DNA of 64,000 nucleotides from Escherichia coli (GTDB lineage Bacteria; Pseudomonadota; Gammaproteobacteria; Enterobacterales; Enterobacteriaceae): NCBI RefSeq assembly GCF_003018255.1, contig NZ_CP027440.1; one strand, 5' to 3'. Shown piece by piece: positions 9,104 to 19,732 of this stretch (position 1 is its first letter; each line of letters starts with the position of its first letter). The notes under the pieces were generated by a model. It saw only the letters and a program-made list of their open reading frames with translations, ran no database searches and was not told where the DNA came from. The position numbers and the translations under genes were made by a program.

Positions 9104-11212
9104 ATGTCAACCGGATTACGTTTCACGCTGGAAGTGGACGGTCTGCCACCGGACGCGTTTGCGGTGGTCTCCTTTCATCTGAACCAGTCACTCTCTTCGC
9201 TCTTTTCCCTCGATCTCTCTCTGGTCAGCCAGCAGTTTCTCTCCCTTGAATTTGCGCAGGTGCTGGACAAAATGGCCTACCTGACGGTATGGCAGGGCGA
9301 TGACGTACAGCGCCGGGTGAAAGGTGTGGTGACCTGGTTTGAACTGGGGGAGAACGACAAAAACCAGATGCTGTACAGCATGAAGGTGTGCCCACCGCTG
9401 TGGCGCACAGGGCTGCGCCAGAACTTCCGTATCTTCCAGAATGAGGACATCGAAAGCATACTCGCGACGATCCTGAAAGAAAACGGGGTGACCGAGTGGA
9501 GTCCGCTGTTCAGCGAGCCGCATCCTTCCCGTGAGTTTTGTGTCCAGTACGGCGAAACCGATTACGATTTCCTGTGCCGGATGGCGGCGGAGGAAGGCAT
9601 CTTCTTTTATGAGGAGCACGCGCAAAAAAGTACCGACCAGAGCCTGGTCCTGTGCGACACCGTGCGTTATCTGCCGGAGTCCTTTGAGATCCCCTGGAAT
9701 CCGAACACCCGTACCGAGGTGAGCACCCTATGCATCAGCCAGTTCCGCTACAGCGCACAAATCCGCCCATCTTCCGTGGTGACCAAAGACTACACCTTTA
9801 AACGACCCGGCTGGGCAGGGCGTTTTGATCAGGAAGGCCAGCACCAGGATTACCAGCGCACACAGTATGAAGTGTATGACTACCCCGGACGTTTCAAGGG
9901 TGCCCACGGGCAGAACTTTGCCCGCTGGCAGATGGATGGCTGGCGAAACAACGCAGAAGTGGCGCGCGGAACAAGCCGTTCGCCGGAGATATGGCCGGGA
10001 CGGCGAATTGCGCTGACGGGGCATCCGCAGGCGAACCTGAACCGGGAATGGCAGGTGGTGGCAAGTGAACTGCACGGCGAGCAGCCGCAGGCGGTGCCGG
10101 GACGCAGGGGTTCAGGTACCACGCTGAATAACCACTTTGCGGTAATACCGGCAGACAGAACATGGCGGCCACAGCCGTTGCTGAAACCGCTGGTGGACGG
10201 CCCGCAGAGCGCCGTCGTGACGGGACCGGCAGGAGAAGAAATCTTCTGTGATGAACATGGCCGCGTGCGGGTGAAATTTAACTGGGACCGCTATAACCCG
10301 TCAAACCAGGACAGTTCATGCTGGATCCGTGTGGCACAGGCGTGGGCAGGCACCGGCTTTGGCAACCTGGCGATACCGCGTGTGGGTCAGGAAGTCATTG
10401 TGGACTTCCTCAACGGCGATCCGGACCAGCCGATTATTATGGGGCGTACCTACCACCAGGAAAACCGCACCCCCGGCAGCCTGCCGGGAACAAAGACGCA
10501 GATGACCATTCGTTCGAAAACCTATAAGGGCAGCGGGTTTAATGAACTGAAGTTTGACGATGCGACAGGGAAAGAACAGGTCTACATCCACGCGCAAAAG
10601 AACATGAACACCGAGGTGCTGAATAACCGGACCACGGATGTGATAAACAACCATGCTGAGACCATCGGCAACAATCAGGTGATTGCGGTTACCAACAATC
10701 AGATACAGACGGTGGGCGTTAACCAGATAGAGACGGTGGGCAGTAACCAGATCATTAAAGTGGGCTCTGTTCAGGTGGAAACGATTGGACTTGTTCGTGC
10801 GCTGACCGTGGGCGTGGCGTATCAGACGACGGTAGGTGGCATTATGAACACCTCGGTGGCCCTGATGCAGTCCTCGCAGATCGGTTTGCATAAATCGTTG
10901 ATGGTCGGGCTGGGTTATGACGTCAAAGTCGGAAATAACGTTACCTTCACCGTTGGTAAAACGAAAAAGGATGATACCGGACAGACCGCGATTTACTCCG
11001 CCGGTGAGCATCTGGAACTCTGCTGTGGTAAGGCAAGGCTGGTGCTGACTAAGGACGGACAAATTTTTCTCAACGGCACAAAAATTCATTTGCAGGGTAA
11101 GGAGCAGGTTAATGGTGACTCACTGTTGATTAACTGGAACTGTGCAGCCTCGAAATCCCCACCGAAGACCCCTGATGAAAAGCAGGATACGCCGGATATG
11201 AGAGAGTACTGA
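9104..11212 (+). CDS. vgrG: T6SS spike protein VgrG with C-terminal extension
   Basis: 702 aa; MSTGLRFTLEVDGLP... N-terminus, C-terminal beta-helix-like repeats (NNQVIAVTNNQIQTVGVNQIETVGSNQI) followed by about 100 extra residues. Confidence 0.85.
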   Translation: MSTGLRFTLEVDGLPPDAFAVVSFHLNQSLSSLFSLDLSLVSQQFLSLEFAQVLDKMAYLTVWQGDDVQRRVKGVVTWFELGENDKNQMLYSMKVCPPLWRTGLRQNFRIFQNEDIESILATILKENGVTEWSPLFSEPHPSREFCVQYGETDYDFLCRMAAEEGIFFYEEHAQKSTDQSLVLCDTVRYLPESFEIPWNPNTRTEVSTLCISQFRYSAQIRPSSVVTKDYTFKRPGWAGRFDQEGQHQDYQRTQYEVYDYPGRFKGAHGQNFARWQMDGWRNNAEVARGTSRSPEIWPGRRIALTGHPQANLNREWQVVASELHGEQPQAVPGRRGSGTTLNNHFAVIPADRTWRPQPLLKPLVDGPQSAVVTGPAGEEIFCDEHGRVRVKFNWDRYNPSNQDSSCWIRVAQAWAGTGFGNLAIPRVGQEVIVDFLNGDPDQPIIMGRTYHQENRTPGSLPGTKTQMTIRSKTYKGSGFNELKFDDATGKEQVYIHAQKNMNTEVLNNRTTDVINNHAETIGNNQVIAVTNNQIQTVGVNQIETVGSNQIIKVGSVQVETIGLVRALTVGVAYQTTVGGIMNTSVALMQSSQIGLHKSLMVGLGYDVKVGNNVTFTVGKTKKDDTGQTAIYSAGEHLELCCGKARLVLTKDGQIFLNGTKIHLQGKEQVNGDSLLINWNCAASKSPPKTPDEKQDTPDMREY

Positions 11213-11278
11213 TCCCGTACCTGTTCGGTATTCAGTAACAAACAAGCATTAAAAATAAACAGAAGAAGGAATTGAATC

Positions 11279-14200
11279 ATGAGCGGAAAACCAGCGGCGC
11301 GTCAGGGAGATATGACTCAGTATGGCGGTCCCATTGTCCAGGGTTCGGCAGGTGTAAGAATTGGCGCGCCCACCGGCGTGGCGTGCTCGGTGTGTCCGGG
11401 CGGGATGACTTCGGGCAACCCGGTAAATCCGCTGCTGGGGGCGAAGGTGCTGCCCGGCGAGACGGACCTTGCGCTGCCCGGCCCGCTGCCGTTCATTCTC
11501 TCCCGCACCTACAGCAGCTACCGGACGAAGACGCCTGCGCCGGTGGGGATTTTTGGCCCCGGCTGGAAAGCGCCTTCTGATATCCGCTTACAGATACGCG
11601 ATGATGCACTGGTACTCAACGACAACGGCGGACGGAGCATTCACTTTGAGCCGCTGCTGCCGGGTGAGGCGGTGTACAGCCGCAGCGAGTCAATGTGGCT
11701 GGTGCGCGGTGGTAAGGCAGCGCAGCCGGACGGCCACACGCTGGGGCGGCTGTGGGGGGCGCTGCCGCCGGATATCCGGTTAAGCCCGCATCTTTACCTG
11801 GCGACCAGCAGCGCACAGGGACCGTGGTGGATACTGGGGTGGTCAGAGCGGGTGCCGGGTGCTGAGGACGTACTGCCAGCGCCGCTGCCGCCGTACCGGG
11901 TGCTGACGGGGCTGGCGGACCGCTTCGGGCGGACGCTGACGTACCGGCGTGAGGCCGCCGGCGACCTGGCCGGGGAAATCACCGGCGTGACGGACGGTGC
12001 CGGGCGTGAGTTCCGTCTGGTGCTGACCACGCAGGCGCAGCGTGCGGAAGAGGCCCGCACCTCTTCGCTATCTTCTTCTGACCGTCCCCGCCCTCTCTCA
12101 GTCTCAGCGTTCCCCGACACACTGCCCGGTACCGAATACGGCCCCGACAGGGGTATCCGCCTTTCGGCGGTGTGGCTGATGCACGACCCGGCATACCCGG
12201 AGAGCCTGCCCGGTGCGCCACTGGTGCGGTACACGTATACGGAAGCCGGTGAACTGCTGGCGGTATATGACCGCAGCAATACGCAGGTGCGCGCTTTCAC
12301 GTATGACGCGCAGCACCCGGGCCGGATGGTGGCGCACCGTTACGCGGGAAGGCCGGAGATGCGCTACCGCTACGACGATGCGGGGCGGGTGGTGGAGCAG
12401 CTGAACCCGGCAGGCCTGAGTTACCGCTACCAGTATGAGCAGGACCGCATCACCGTCACCGACAGCCTGAACCGGCGTGAGGTGCTGCATACAGAAGGCG
12501 GGGCCGGGCTGAAGCGGGTGGTGAAAAAAGAACTGGCGGACGGCAGCGTCACGCACAGCGGGTATGACGCGGCAGGAAGGCTCACGGCACAGACGGACGC
12601 GGCGGGACGGCGGACAGAGTACGGCCTGAATGTGGTGTCCGGCGATATCACGGATATCACCACGCCGGACGGGCGGGAGACGAAATTTTACTATAACGAC
12701 GGGAACCAGTTAACGGCGGTGGTGTACCCGGACGGGCTGGAGAGCAGCCGGGCATATGATGAGCTGGACAGACTGGTATCGGAGACATCGCGCAGCGGGG
12801 AGACAGTACGCTACCGCTACGATGACGTGCACAGTGAGTTACCGGCGACGACAACGGATGCGACGGGCAGCACCCGGCAGATGACCTGGAGCCGCTACGG
12901 GCAGTTGCTGGCCTTCACCGACTGCTCGGGCTACCAGACCCGCTATGAATACGACCGCTTCGGCCAGATGACGGCGGTCCACCGTGAGGAAGGTGTCAGT
13001 CTTTACCGCCGCTATGACAGCCGTGGTCAGTTAATCTCGGTGAAAGACGCACAGGGCCGTGAAACGCGGTATGAATACAACGCCGCAGGCGACCTGACTG
13101 CCGTTATCACCCCGGACGGCAACCGGAGCGAGACACAGTACGATGCGTGGGGAAAGGCGGTCAGCACCACGCAGGGCGGGCTGACGCGCAGTATGGAGTA
13201 CGATGCTGCCGGACGTGTCATCAGCCTGACCAACGAGAACGGCAGTCACAGCGACTTCAGCTACGATGCGCTGGACCGCCTGGTACAGCAGGGCGGCTTT
13301 GACGGGCGGACGCAACGTTATCATTATGACCTGACCGGAAAACTCACGCAGAGTGAAGATGAGGGGCTTGTCATCCTCTGGTACTACGATGAATCGGACC
13401 GTATCACTCACCGCACGGTGAACGGCGAACCGGCAGAGCAGTGGCAGTATGATGGCCACGGCTGGCTGAGAGAAATCAGCCACCTGAGCGAAGGCCACCG
13501 TGTTGCCGTCCACTATGGCTATGACGATAAGGGCCGTCTGACCGGGGAGCGCCAGACGGTGGAGAACCCGGAGACGGGGGAACTGCTGTGGCAGCATGAG
13601 ACGAAACAGGCATACAACGAACAGGGGCTGACAAACCGCGTCACGCCGGACAGCCTGCCGCCGGTGGAGTGGCTGACCTATGGCAGCGGTTATCTGGCGG
13701 GCATGAAGCTGGGCGGGACGCCGCTGCTGGAGTACATGCGGGACAGACTGCACCGGGAGACGGTGCGCAGCTTCGGCAGCATGGCAGGCAATACAGCCGC
13801 ATATGAACTGACCAGCACTTACACCCCCGCAGGCCAGTTACAGAGCCGGCACCTGAACAGCCTGGTGTTTGATTGTGACTATAACTGGAATGACAACGGC
13901 GACCTGATGCGCATCAGCGGCCCGCGACAGACGCGGGAATACGGCTACAGTGCCACGGGCAGGCTGGCGAGCGTGCGCACGACCACATCAGACCTGGATA
14001 TCCGCATCCCGTATGCCACCGACCCGGCGGGAAACCGCCTGCCGGACCCGGAGCTGCACCCGGACAGTACACTCACAGTGTGGCCGGATAACCGCATCGC
14101 GGAGGATGCGCACTATGTCTACCGCCACGATGAATACGGCAGGCTGACGGAGAAGACGGACCGCATCCCGGCGGGTGTGATACGGACGGACGACGAGCGG

Positions 14201-15487
14201 ACCCACCACTACCACTACGACAGCCAGCACCGCCTGGTGTTCCACACGCGGATACAGCATGGCGAGCCACTGGTCGAGAGCCGCTACCTCTACGACCCGC
14301 TGGGACGGCGAATGGCGAAACGGGTATGGCGGCGGGAGCGTGACCTGACGGGGTGGATGTCGCTGTCGCGTAAACCGGAGGTGACGTGGTACGGCTGGGA
14401 CGGCGACCACCTGACGACGGTGCAGACCGACACCACGCGTATCCAGACGGTATACGAGCCGGGAAGCTTCACACCGCTCATCCGCATCGAAACAGACAAC
14501 GGCGAGCGGGAGAAAACGCAGCGGCGGAGCCTGGCGGAGAAGCTGCAGCAGGAAGGAAGCGAGGACGGCCACGGTGTGGTGTTCCCGGCAGAACTTGTGA
14601 GGATGCTGGACAGGCTGGAGGGGGAAATCCGGGCAGACCGCGTGAGCAGTGAAAGCTGCCAGTGGCTGGCACAGTGCGGGCTGACGGTGGAGCGGCTGGC
14701 GGCACAGATAGAGCCGGTTTATTTACCTGAGCGAAAAATTCATCTTTATCACTGTGACCACCGGGGGCTGCCGCTGGCGCTCATCAGTACCGAAGGAGCA
14801 ACGGAATGGCGTGGGGAATATGATGAATGGGGCAACCTGCTGAATGAGGAGAACCCGCATCACCTGCACCAGCCATACCGTCTGCCGGGGCAGCAGCATG
14901 ATGAGGAATCAGGACTGTACTATAACCGGAACCGGTACTATGACCCGCTACAGGGGAGGTATATTACACAAGACCCCATTGGGCTGGAGGGGGGATGGAA
15001 CCTGTATAATTACCCACTGAATCCGATAATAAGGATGGATCCTTTGGGTTTGTATAATTTATATCAATTATTATATGATGTTTGGCATGATGATTCATAT
15101 GGAACATCATCAATTGATATTACTGGCAGTGGAGATCTAATATCATTAGGTGGTCATGCAGGACTTGGCGTTGCGTTTGCTAAAAAGAAAGGTGAAATGT
15201 TATCTGATATTTGTATTTATGCTACAGCATGTGGACATGCAGGAATTGGTGGTGGGATAAATGCGGCTATCACATATTCTGAGACCAAGTCTTTACCTAC
15301 ATCGGGAGTCAGTAATTCAGTAGGTGTAACGGTTGGCGGCGGAGTTGGGGGGCATTTTGCGTATACTTATGTAGTGGATGTTGATAATCCAGAATCATCG
15401 ACAGAATCTGTTGGTATCGGTGCAGGTGTTGACGCTTCAGTTATGACTCTGGCTTGTAGAACGTGGCAAGAATGCTGGGTCAATTAA
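11279..15487 (+). CDS. PAAR-Rhs polymorphic toxin (RhsA-family core, variable C-terminal toxin domain)
   Basis: 1402 aa; N-terminus [11 protein letters not shown] contains a literal PAAR motif; long YD-repeat core; core ends at DPLGL (15038-15052) followed by a 144-aa AT-rich C-terminal tip. Confidence 0.9.
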   Translation: MSGKPAARQGDMTQYGGPIVQGSAGVRIGAPTGVACSVCPGGMTSGNPVNPLLGAKVLPGETDLALPGPLPFILSRTYSSYRTKTPAPVGIFGPGWKAPSDIRLQIRDDALVLNDNGGRSIHFEPLLPGEAVYSRSESMWLVRGGKAAQPDGHTLGRLWGALPPDIRLSPHLYLATSSAQGPWWILGWSERVPGAEDVLPAPLPPYRVLTGLADRFGRTLTYRREAAGDLAGEITGVTDGAGREFRLVLTTQAQRAEEARTSSLSSSDRPRPLSVSAFPDTLPGTEYGPDRGIRLSAVWLMHDPAYPESLPGAPLVRYTYTEAGELLAVYDRSNTQVRAFTYDAQHPGRMVAHRYAGRPEMRYRYDDAGRVVEQLNPAGLSYRYQYEQDRITVTDSLNRREVLHTEGGAGLKRVVKKELADGSVTHSGYDAAGRLTAQTDAAGRRTEYGLNVVSGDITDITTPDGRETKFYYNDGNQLTAVVYPDGLESSRAYDELDRLVSETSRSGETVRYRYDDVHSELPATTTDATGSTRQMTWSRYGQLLAFTDCSGYQTRYEYDRFGQMTAVHREEGVSLYRRYDSRGQLISVKDAQGRETRYEYNAAGDLTAVITPDGNRSETQYDAWGKAVSTTQGGLTRSMEYDAAGRVISLTNENGSHSDFSYDALDRLVQQGGFDGRTQRYHYDLTGKLTQSEDEGLVILWYYDESDRITHRTVNGEPAEQWQYDGHGWLREISHLSEGHRVAVHYGYDDKGRLTGERQTVENPETGELLWQHETKQAYNEQGLTNRVTPDSLPPVEWLTYGSGYLAGMKLGGTPLLEYMRDRLHRETVRSFGSMAGNTAAYELTSTYTPAGQLQSRHLNSLVFDCDYNWNDNGDLMRISGPRQTREYGYSATGRLASVRTTTSDLDIRIPYATDPAGNRLPDPELHPDSTLTVWPDNRIAEDAHYVYRHDEYGRLTEKTDRIPAGVIRTDDERTHHYHYDSQHRLVFHTRIQHGEPLVESRYLYDPLGRRMAKRVWRRERDLTGWMSLSRKPEVTWYGWDGDHLTTVQTDTTRIQTVYEPGSFTPLIRIETDNGEREKTQRRSLAEKLQQEGSEDGHGVVFPAELVRMLDRLEGEIRADRVSSESCQWLAQCGLTVERLAAQIEPVYLPERKIHLYHCDHRGLPLALISTEGATEWRGEYDEWGNLLNEENPHHLHQPYRLPGQQHDEESGLYYNRNRYYDPLQGRYITQDPIGLEGGWNLYNYPLNPIIRMDPLGLYNLYQLLYDVWHDDSYGTSSIDITGSGDLISLGGHAGLGVAFAKKKGEMLSDICIYATACGHAGIGGGINAAITYSETKSLPTSGVSNSVGVTVGGGVGGHFAYTYVVDVDNPESSTESVGIGAGVDASVMTLACRTWQECWVN

Positions 15488-15498
15488 CAGGAGGAAAT

Positions 15499-15894
15499 AT
15501 GAAAAAATATATATTTTTAGTTTTATTTTTATTGTGTGGTTGTTCTCCAGTGGACATAGAGCCAGCTAGACAAGAAGTTAATATCTTTCGTGGTTTATAT
15601 CAGATAGGGAAATACAGTGATATATATAAAATCACTTCAAGTGATTTTCAGACTGCCACATCTGAAAAAAAATTTATCGACATAATGAACGAAGCAAAAG
15701 AAAAAGATCTTGGGACTTATAAAAAATCAACCCTTAAAACTGAAAAAATCACTCGCGGATTATTTTCAAACGATGAAATTACATTGATATATTTCTCAGA
15801 ATATTCAAAAAGAATTGTCCAAGAGGTTTTTGTGTTTAATGTTGAAGACAAAAAAGTAAAATTAAAAGGTTATAGGTATGATTCGATTAATTAA
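15499..15894 (+). CDS. putative Rhs immunity protein (exported, possible lipoprotein)
   Basis: 131 aa from ATG at 15499 with AGGAGG RBS; N-terminal signal peptide MKKYIFLVLFLLCGC; AT-rich; immediately follows the Rhs toxin tip. Confidence 0.55.
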   Translation: MKKYIFLVLFLLCGCSPVDIEPARQEVNIFRGLYQIGKYSDIYKITSSDFQTATSEKKFIDIMNEAKEKDLGTYKKSTLKTEKITRGLFSNDEITLIYFSEYSKRIVQEVFVFNVEDKKVKLKGYRYDSIN

Positions 15895-16017
15895 ATTTTT
15901 TGATGATGACTTCAATTAGTAGAACATGTATTTTTCGATAAAAGCACCGATGACTTTTTCATGAAGTTCTACAGAGCGCGAGAAACAGATGGTTCTGCGA
16001 GTCAGACGTTTGATTCC

Positions 16018-17306
16018 AGGGAAAGATCACGCAACGCTGCTTTTTTGTACTAATTAATTCGCATTTTATGTTTAAAAATTGAGATATTCCTCATTACCTA
16101 AAGCTGTTTTTTATTGCTTATACATGATCAAATACTCCTTACATAATTAAGGAGAACAAAATGGAACTTAAAAAATTGATGGAACATATTTCTATTATCC
16201 CCGATTACAGACAAGCCTGGAAAGTGGAACATAAATTGTCGGATATTCTACTGTTGACTATTTGTGCCGTTATTTCTGGTGCAGAAGGCTGGGAAGATAT
16301 AGAGGATTTTGGGGAAACACATCTCGATTTTTTGAAGCAATATGGTGATTTTGAAAATGGTATTCCTGTTCACGATACCATTGCCAGAGTTGTATCCTGT
16401 ATCAGTCCTGCAAAATTTCACGAGTGCTTTATTAACTGGATGCGTGACTGCCATTCTTCAGATGATAAAGACGTTATTGCAATTGATGGAAAAACGCTCC
16501 GGCATTCTTATGACAAGAGTCGCCGCAGGGGAGCGATTCATGTCATTAGTGCGTTCTCAACAATGCACAGTCTGGTCATCGGACAGATCAGGACGGATGA
16601 GAAATCCAATGAGATCACAGCTATCCATGAACTTCTTAACATGCTGGATATTAAAGGAAAAATCATCACAACTGATGCGATGGGTTGCCAGAAAGATATC
16701 GCAGAGAAGATACAAAAACAGGGCGGTGATTATTTATTCGCTGTAAAAGGAAATCAGGGGCGGCTTAATAAAGCCTTTGAGGAAAAATTCCCACTGAAAG
16801 AATTAAATAATCCAGAGCATGACAGTTACGCAATTAGTGAAAAAAGTCACGGCAGAGAAGAAATCCGTCTTCACATTGTTTGCGATGTCCCTGATGAACT
16901 TATTGATTTCATGTTTGAATGGAAAGGTCTGAAGAAATTATGCGTGGCAGTCTCCTTTCGGTCAATAATAGCAGAACAAAAGAAAGAGCCCGAAATGACG
17001 GTCAGATATTATATCAGTTCTGCTGATTTAACCGCAGAGAAGTTCGCCACAGCAATCCGAAACCACTGACACGTGGAGAATAAGCTGCACTGGCGTCTGG
17101 ACGTGGTAATGAATGAAGACGACTGCAAAATAAGAAGAGGAAACGCCGCAGAATTATTTTCAGGGATACGGCACATCGCTATTAATATTTTAACGAATGA
17201 TAATGTATTCAAGGCAGGGTTAAGACGTAAGATGCGAAAAGCAGCCATGGACAGAAACTACCTGGCGTCAGTCCTTGCTGGGAGCGGGCTTTCGTAATCT
17301 TTCCCT
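16018..17306 (+). mobile_element. H-repeat (ISAs1-family) element, copy 1
   Basis: 1289 bp bounded by terminal inverted repeats AGGGAAAGATCACG / CGTAATCTTTCCCT; same length and ends as copies 2 and 3. Confidence 0.8.
16161..17297 (+). pseudogene. H-repeat-associated transposase (ISAs1 family), inactivated by nonsense codon
   Basis: Same 378-codon frame as copies 2 and 3 but TGG to TGA at 17067-17069 (ORFs of 302 and 74 aa). Confidence 0.75.
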
Positions 17307-17349
17307 GGCGTCAGTCCTTGCAAGGAGCGGGCTTTCGTAATCTTTCCCT
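17307..17349 (+). repeat. 43-bp remnant of an H-repeat right end
   Basis: Second copy of the element right terminus (…GGAGCGGGCTTTCGTAATCTTTCCCT), closest to the copy 2 variant. Confidence 0.6.
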
Positions 17350-17769
17350 GGGCGGTATATCATCCAGGACTCGATTGGGCTGAAGGGGGGATGGAATCTG
17401 TACCAATATCCGCTGAATCCAGTGCAACACGTTGATCCATTAGGGCTTAGTACTATGATAATAGGTAACGGCCCCGTTCCTGATAATCCTTTTGGGCATG
17501 CTGCGGCGGCAAATCGATATGGATTAATGAGTTCGGGAACTGGGGATGAGATGGGAGCCTCTGTCTCTGATTATTTTAAAAAGATGCAACCCCGCAGAGA
17601 TACCTGGATTTGGATAATAGATACAACAGATGAAGAAGAACAATGTATGATGAATAAGGCAATAGACCTTAATAAAAAACTAAAAACTATTAACCTCGGG
17701 CCTCTTCCTGTTTTAAATAATTGTTTTAGCCGAACGAACATGATTTTTGAGGCGTGCGGGTTTAACAAC
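17350..17769 (+). pseudogene. orphan Rhs C-terminal toxin module, 5' part (core-end fragment [33 protein letters not shown] plus toxin domain), interrupted by H-repeat copy 2
   Basis: Translation matches the conserved Rhs core terminus then diverges into a unique AT-rich domain; reading frame ends exactly at the IS boundary (…EACGFNN). Confidence 0.6.
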
Positions 17770-19058
17770 AGGGAAAGATCACGTAACGCTGCTTTTTTGT
17801 ACTAAATAATTCGCATTTTATGTTTAAAAATTGAGATATTCCTCATTACCTAAAGCTGTTTTTTATTGCTTATACATGATCAAATACTCCTTACATAATT
17901 AAGGAGAACAAAATGAAACTTAAAAAATTGATGGAACATATTTCTATTATCCCCGATTACAGACAAGCCTGGAAAGTGGAACATAAATTGTCGGATATTC
18001 TACTGTTGACTATTTGTGCCGTTATTTCTGGTGCAGAAGGCTGGGAAGATATAGAGGATTTTGGGGAAACACATCTCGATTTTTTAAAACAATATGGTGA
18101 TTTTGAAAATGGTATTCCTGTTCACGATACCATCGCCAGAGTTGTATCCTGTATCAGTCCTTCAAAATTTCACGAGTGCTTTATTAACTGGATGCGAGAT
18201 TGCCATACTTCAGATGATAAAGACGTTATTGCAATCGATGGAAAAACACTCCGGCATTCTTATGACAGGAGTCGCCGCAGGGGAGCGATTCATGTCATTA
18301 GTGCGTTCTCAACAATGCACAGTCTGGTCATCGGACAGATCAGGACGGATGAGAAATCTAATGAGATTACAGCTATCCCAGAACTTCTTAACATGCTGGA
18401 TATTAAAGGAAAAATCATCACAACTGATGCGATGGGTTGCCAGAAAGATATTGCAGAGAAGATACAAAAACAGGGCGGTGATTATTTATTCGCTGTAAAA
18501 GGAAATCAGGGGCGGCTTAATAAAGCCTTTGAGGAAAAATTCCCACTGAAAGAATTAAATAATCCAGAGCATGACAGTTACGCAATTAGTGAAAAAAGTC
18601 ACGGCAGAGAAGAAATCCGTCTTCACATTGTTTGCGATGTCCCTGATGAACTTATTGATTTCATGTTTGAATGGAAAGGTCTGAAGAAATTATGCGTGGC
18701 AGTCTCCTTTCGGTCAATAATAGCAGAACAAAAGAAAGAGCCCGAAATGACGGTCAGATATTATATCAGTTCTGCTGATTTAACCGCAGAGAAGTTCGCC
18801 ACAGCAATCCGAAACCACTGGCACGTGGAGAATAAGCTGCACTGGCGTCTGGACGTGGTAATGAATGAAGACGACTGCAAAATAAGAAGAGGAAACGCCG
18901 CAGAATTATTTTCAGGGATACGGCACATCGCTATTAATATTTTAACGAATGATAAGGTATTCAAGGCAGGGTTAAGACGTAAGATGCGAAAAGCAGCCAT
19001 GGACAGAAACTACCTGGCGTCAGTCCTTGCAGGGAGCGGGCTTTCGTAATCTTTCCCT
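17770..19058 (+). mobile_element. H-repeat (ISAs1-family) element, copy 2, inserted in orphan toxin gene
   Basis: 1289 bp, same inverted repeats; flanked by 12-bp direct repeat GGGTTTAACAAC (17758-17769 and 19059-19070). Confidence 0.8.
17913..19049 (+). CDS. H-repeat-associated transposase (ISAs1 family), intact
   Basis: 378 aa intact ORF; about 10 aa differences from copies 1 and 3. Confidence 0.8.
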   Translation: MKLKKLMEHISIIPDYRQAWKVEHKLSDILLLTICAVISGAEGWEDIEDFGETHLDFLKQYGDFENGIPVHDTIARVVSCISPSKFHECFINWMRDCHTSDDKDVIAIDGKTLRHSYDRSRRRGAIHVISAFSTMHSLVIGQIRTDEKSNEITAIPELLNMLDIKGKIITTDAMGCQKDIAEKIQKQGGDYLFAVKGNQGRLNKAFEEKFPLKELNNPEHDSYAISEKSHGREEIRLHIVCDVPDELIDFMFEWKGLKKLCVAVSFRSIIAEQKKEPEMTVRYYISSADLTAEKFATAIRNHWHVENKLHWRLDVVMNEDDCKIRRGNAAELFSGIRHIAINILTNDKVFKAGLRRKMRKAAMDRNYLASVLAGSGLS

Positions 19059-19196
19059 GGGTTTAACAACCCCTCTATGAATACAAATGCGCCTATAAGC
19101 CTACAAGTGCTCGGTGAGCTTTATGGATATCAAAGATATATTATGCCTAAAGGTCCTTTCACTGGATTCCCATTTGAATTTCAAGAGGTAAAGTAA
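19059..19196 (+). pseudogene. orphan Rhs C-terminal toxin module, 3' part
   Basis: After the direct repeat the frame continues in phase (GFNN-PSMNTNAPISLQVLGELYGYQRYIMPKGPFTGFPFEFQEVK) to a stop at 19194-19196, one nt before the next ATG. Confidence 0.55.
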
Positions 19197-19595
19197 ATGG
19201 AAATGCTTGGGAAGATATTAGTGATAATTATTTCCATGATAATTATATCTTGTGATTATTATAATGCTGGCATGGACTATCAAGATAATATAGCCCTCGA
19301 GCAAGTCGTAACATGGGATTCTGATAATATATTCACACCTAATATCTTTGAACATAATGGAAGATGTTTTATGAAGAAAAATGAAACATGGATGTTATTA
19401 AATGGAGATGCAACACCAAACATTAGAACAATGAGCAATAAGAAAATAGAATGCCTGGAGAAGAGTGAAGTAGAATGGGCTAGTAGGGTTTGCGACAGTA
19501 TCACAGACAAGGAAAGGGAAAATCTGAAGGCATTAATATGTAGCAAACCAGCTAAATCAGTTAATACAGGCAAAAGACCAGCGTTAGGATATTGA
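19197..19595 (+). CDS. putative orphan immunity protein (exported, possible lipoprotein)
   Basis: 132 aa, AT-rich, hydrophobic N-terminus with IIISC lipobox-like motif; start abuts the orphan toxin stop. Confidence 0.5.
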   Translation: MEMLGKILVIIISMIIISCDYYNAGMDYQDNIALEQVVTWDSDNIFTPNIFEHNGRCFMKKNETWMLLNGDATPNIRTMSNKKIECLEKSEVEWASRVCDSITDKERENLKALICSKPAKSVNTGKRPALGY

Positions 19596-19732
19596 AACCG
19601 GCACTGCACTCTATCACTATTACAATATTCTGAGTGACTAGAGCAACTGCTCCGCCATCCGGGCTAGCAGTATGACGACGAATCCGAACTGCACTACAAC
19701 TGGCACCGGTACTACAATCCGGGACAGGGACT
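19596..19732 (+). repeat. degenerate Rhs core-end remnant
   Basis: Translates in patches to ...ETGTALYHYYN... and ...ESELHYNWHRYYNPGQG, resembling the Rhs core terminus [20 protein letters not shown]; ends at the left inverted repeat of copy 3. Confidence 0.4.

Noticed and set aside
9188-10172. Antisense ORFs inside vgrG
   Set aside because: Embedded in a well-supported gene on the opposite strand, no independent support.
11794-14572. Multiple 65-240-aa ORFs on the minus strand inside rhs (e.g. 11794-12300, 12104-12556, 13031-13753, 13988-14572)
   Set aside because: Typical stop-codon-poor antisense frames of GC-rich YD-repeat DNA; Arg/Pro/Ala-rich, no start-site context.
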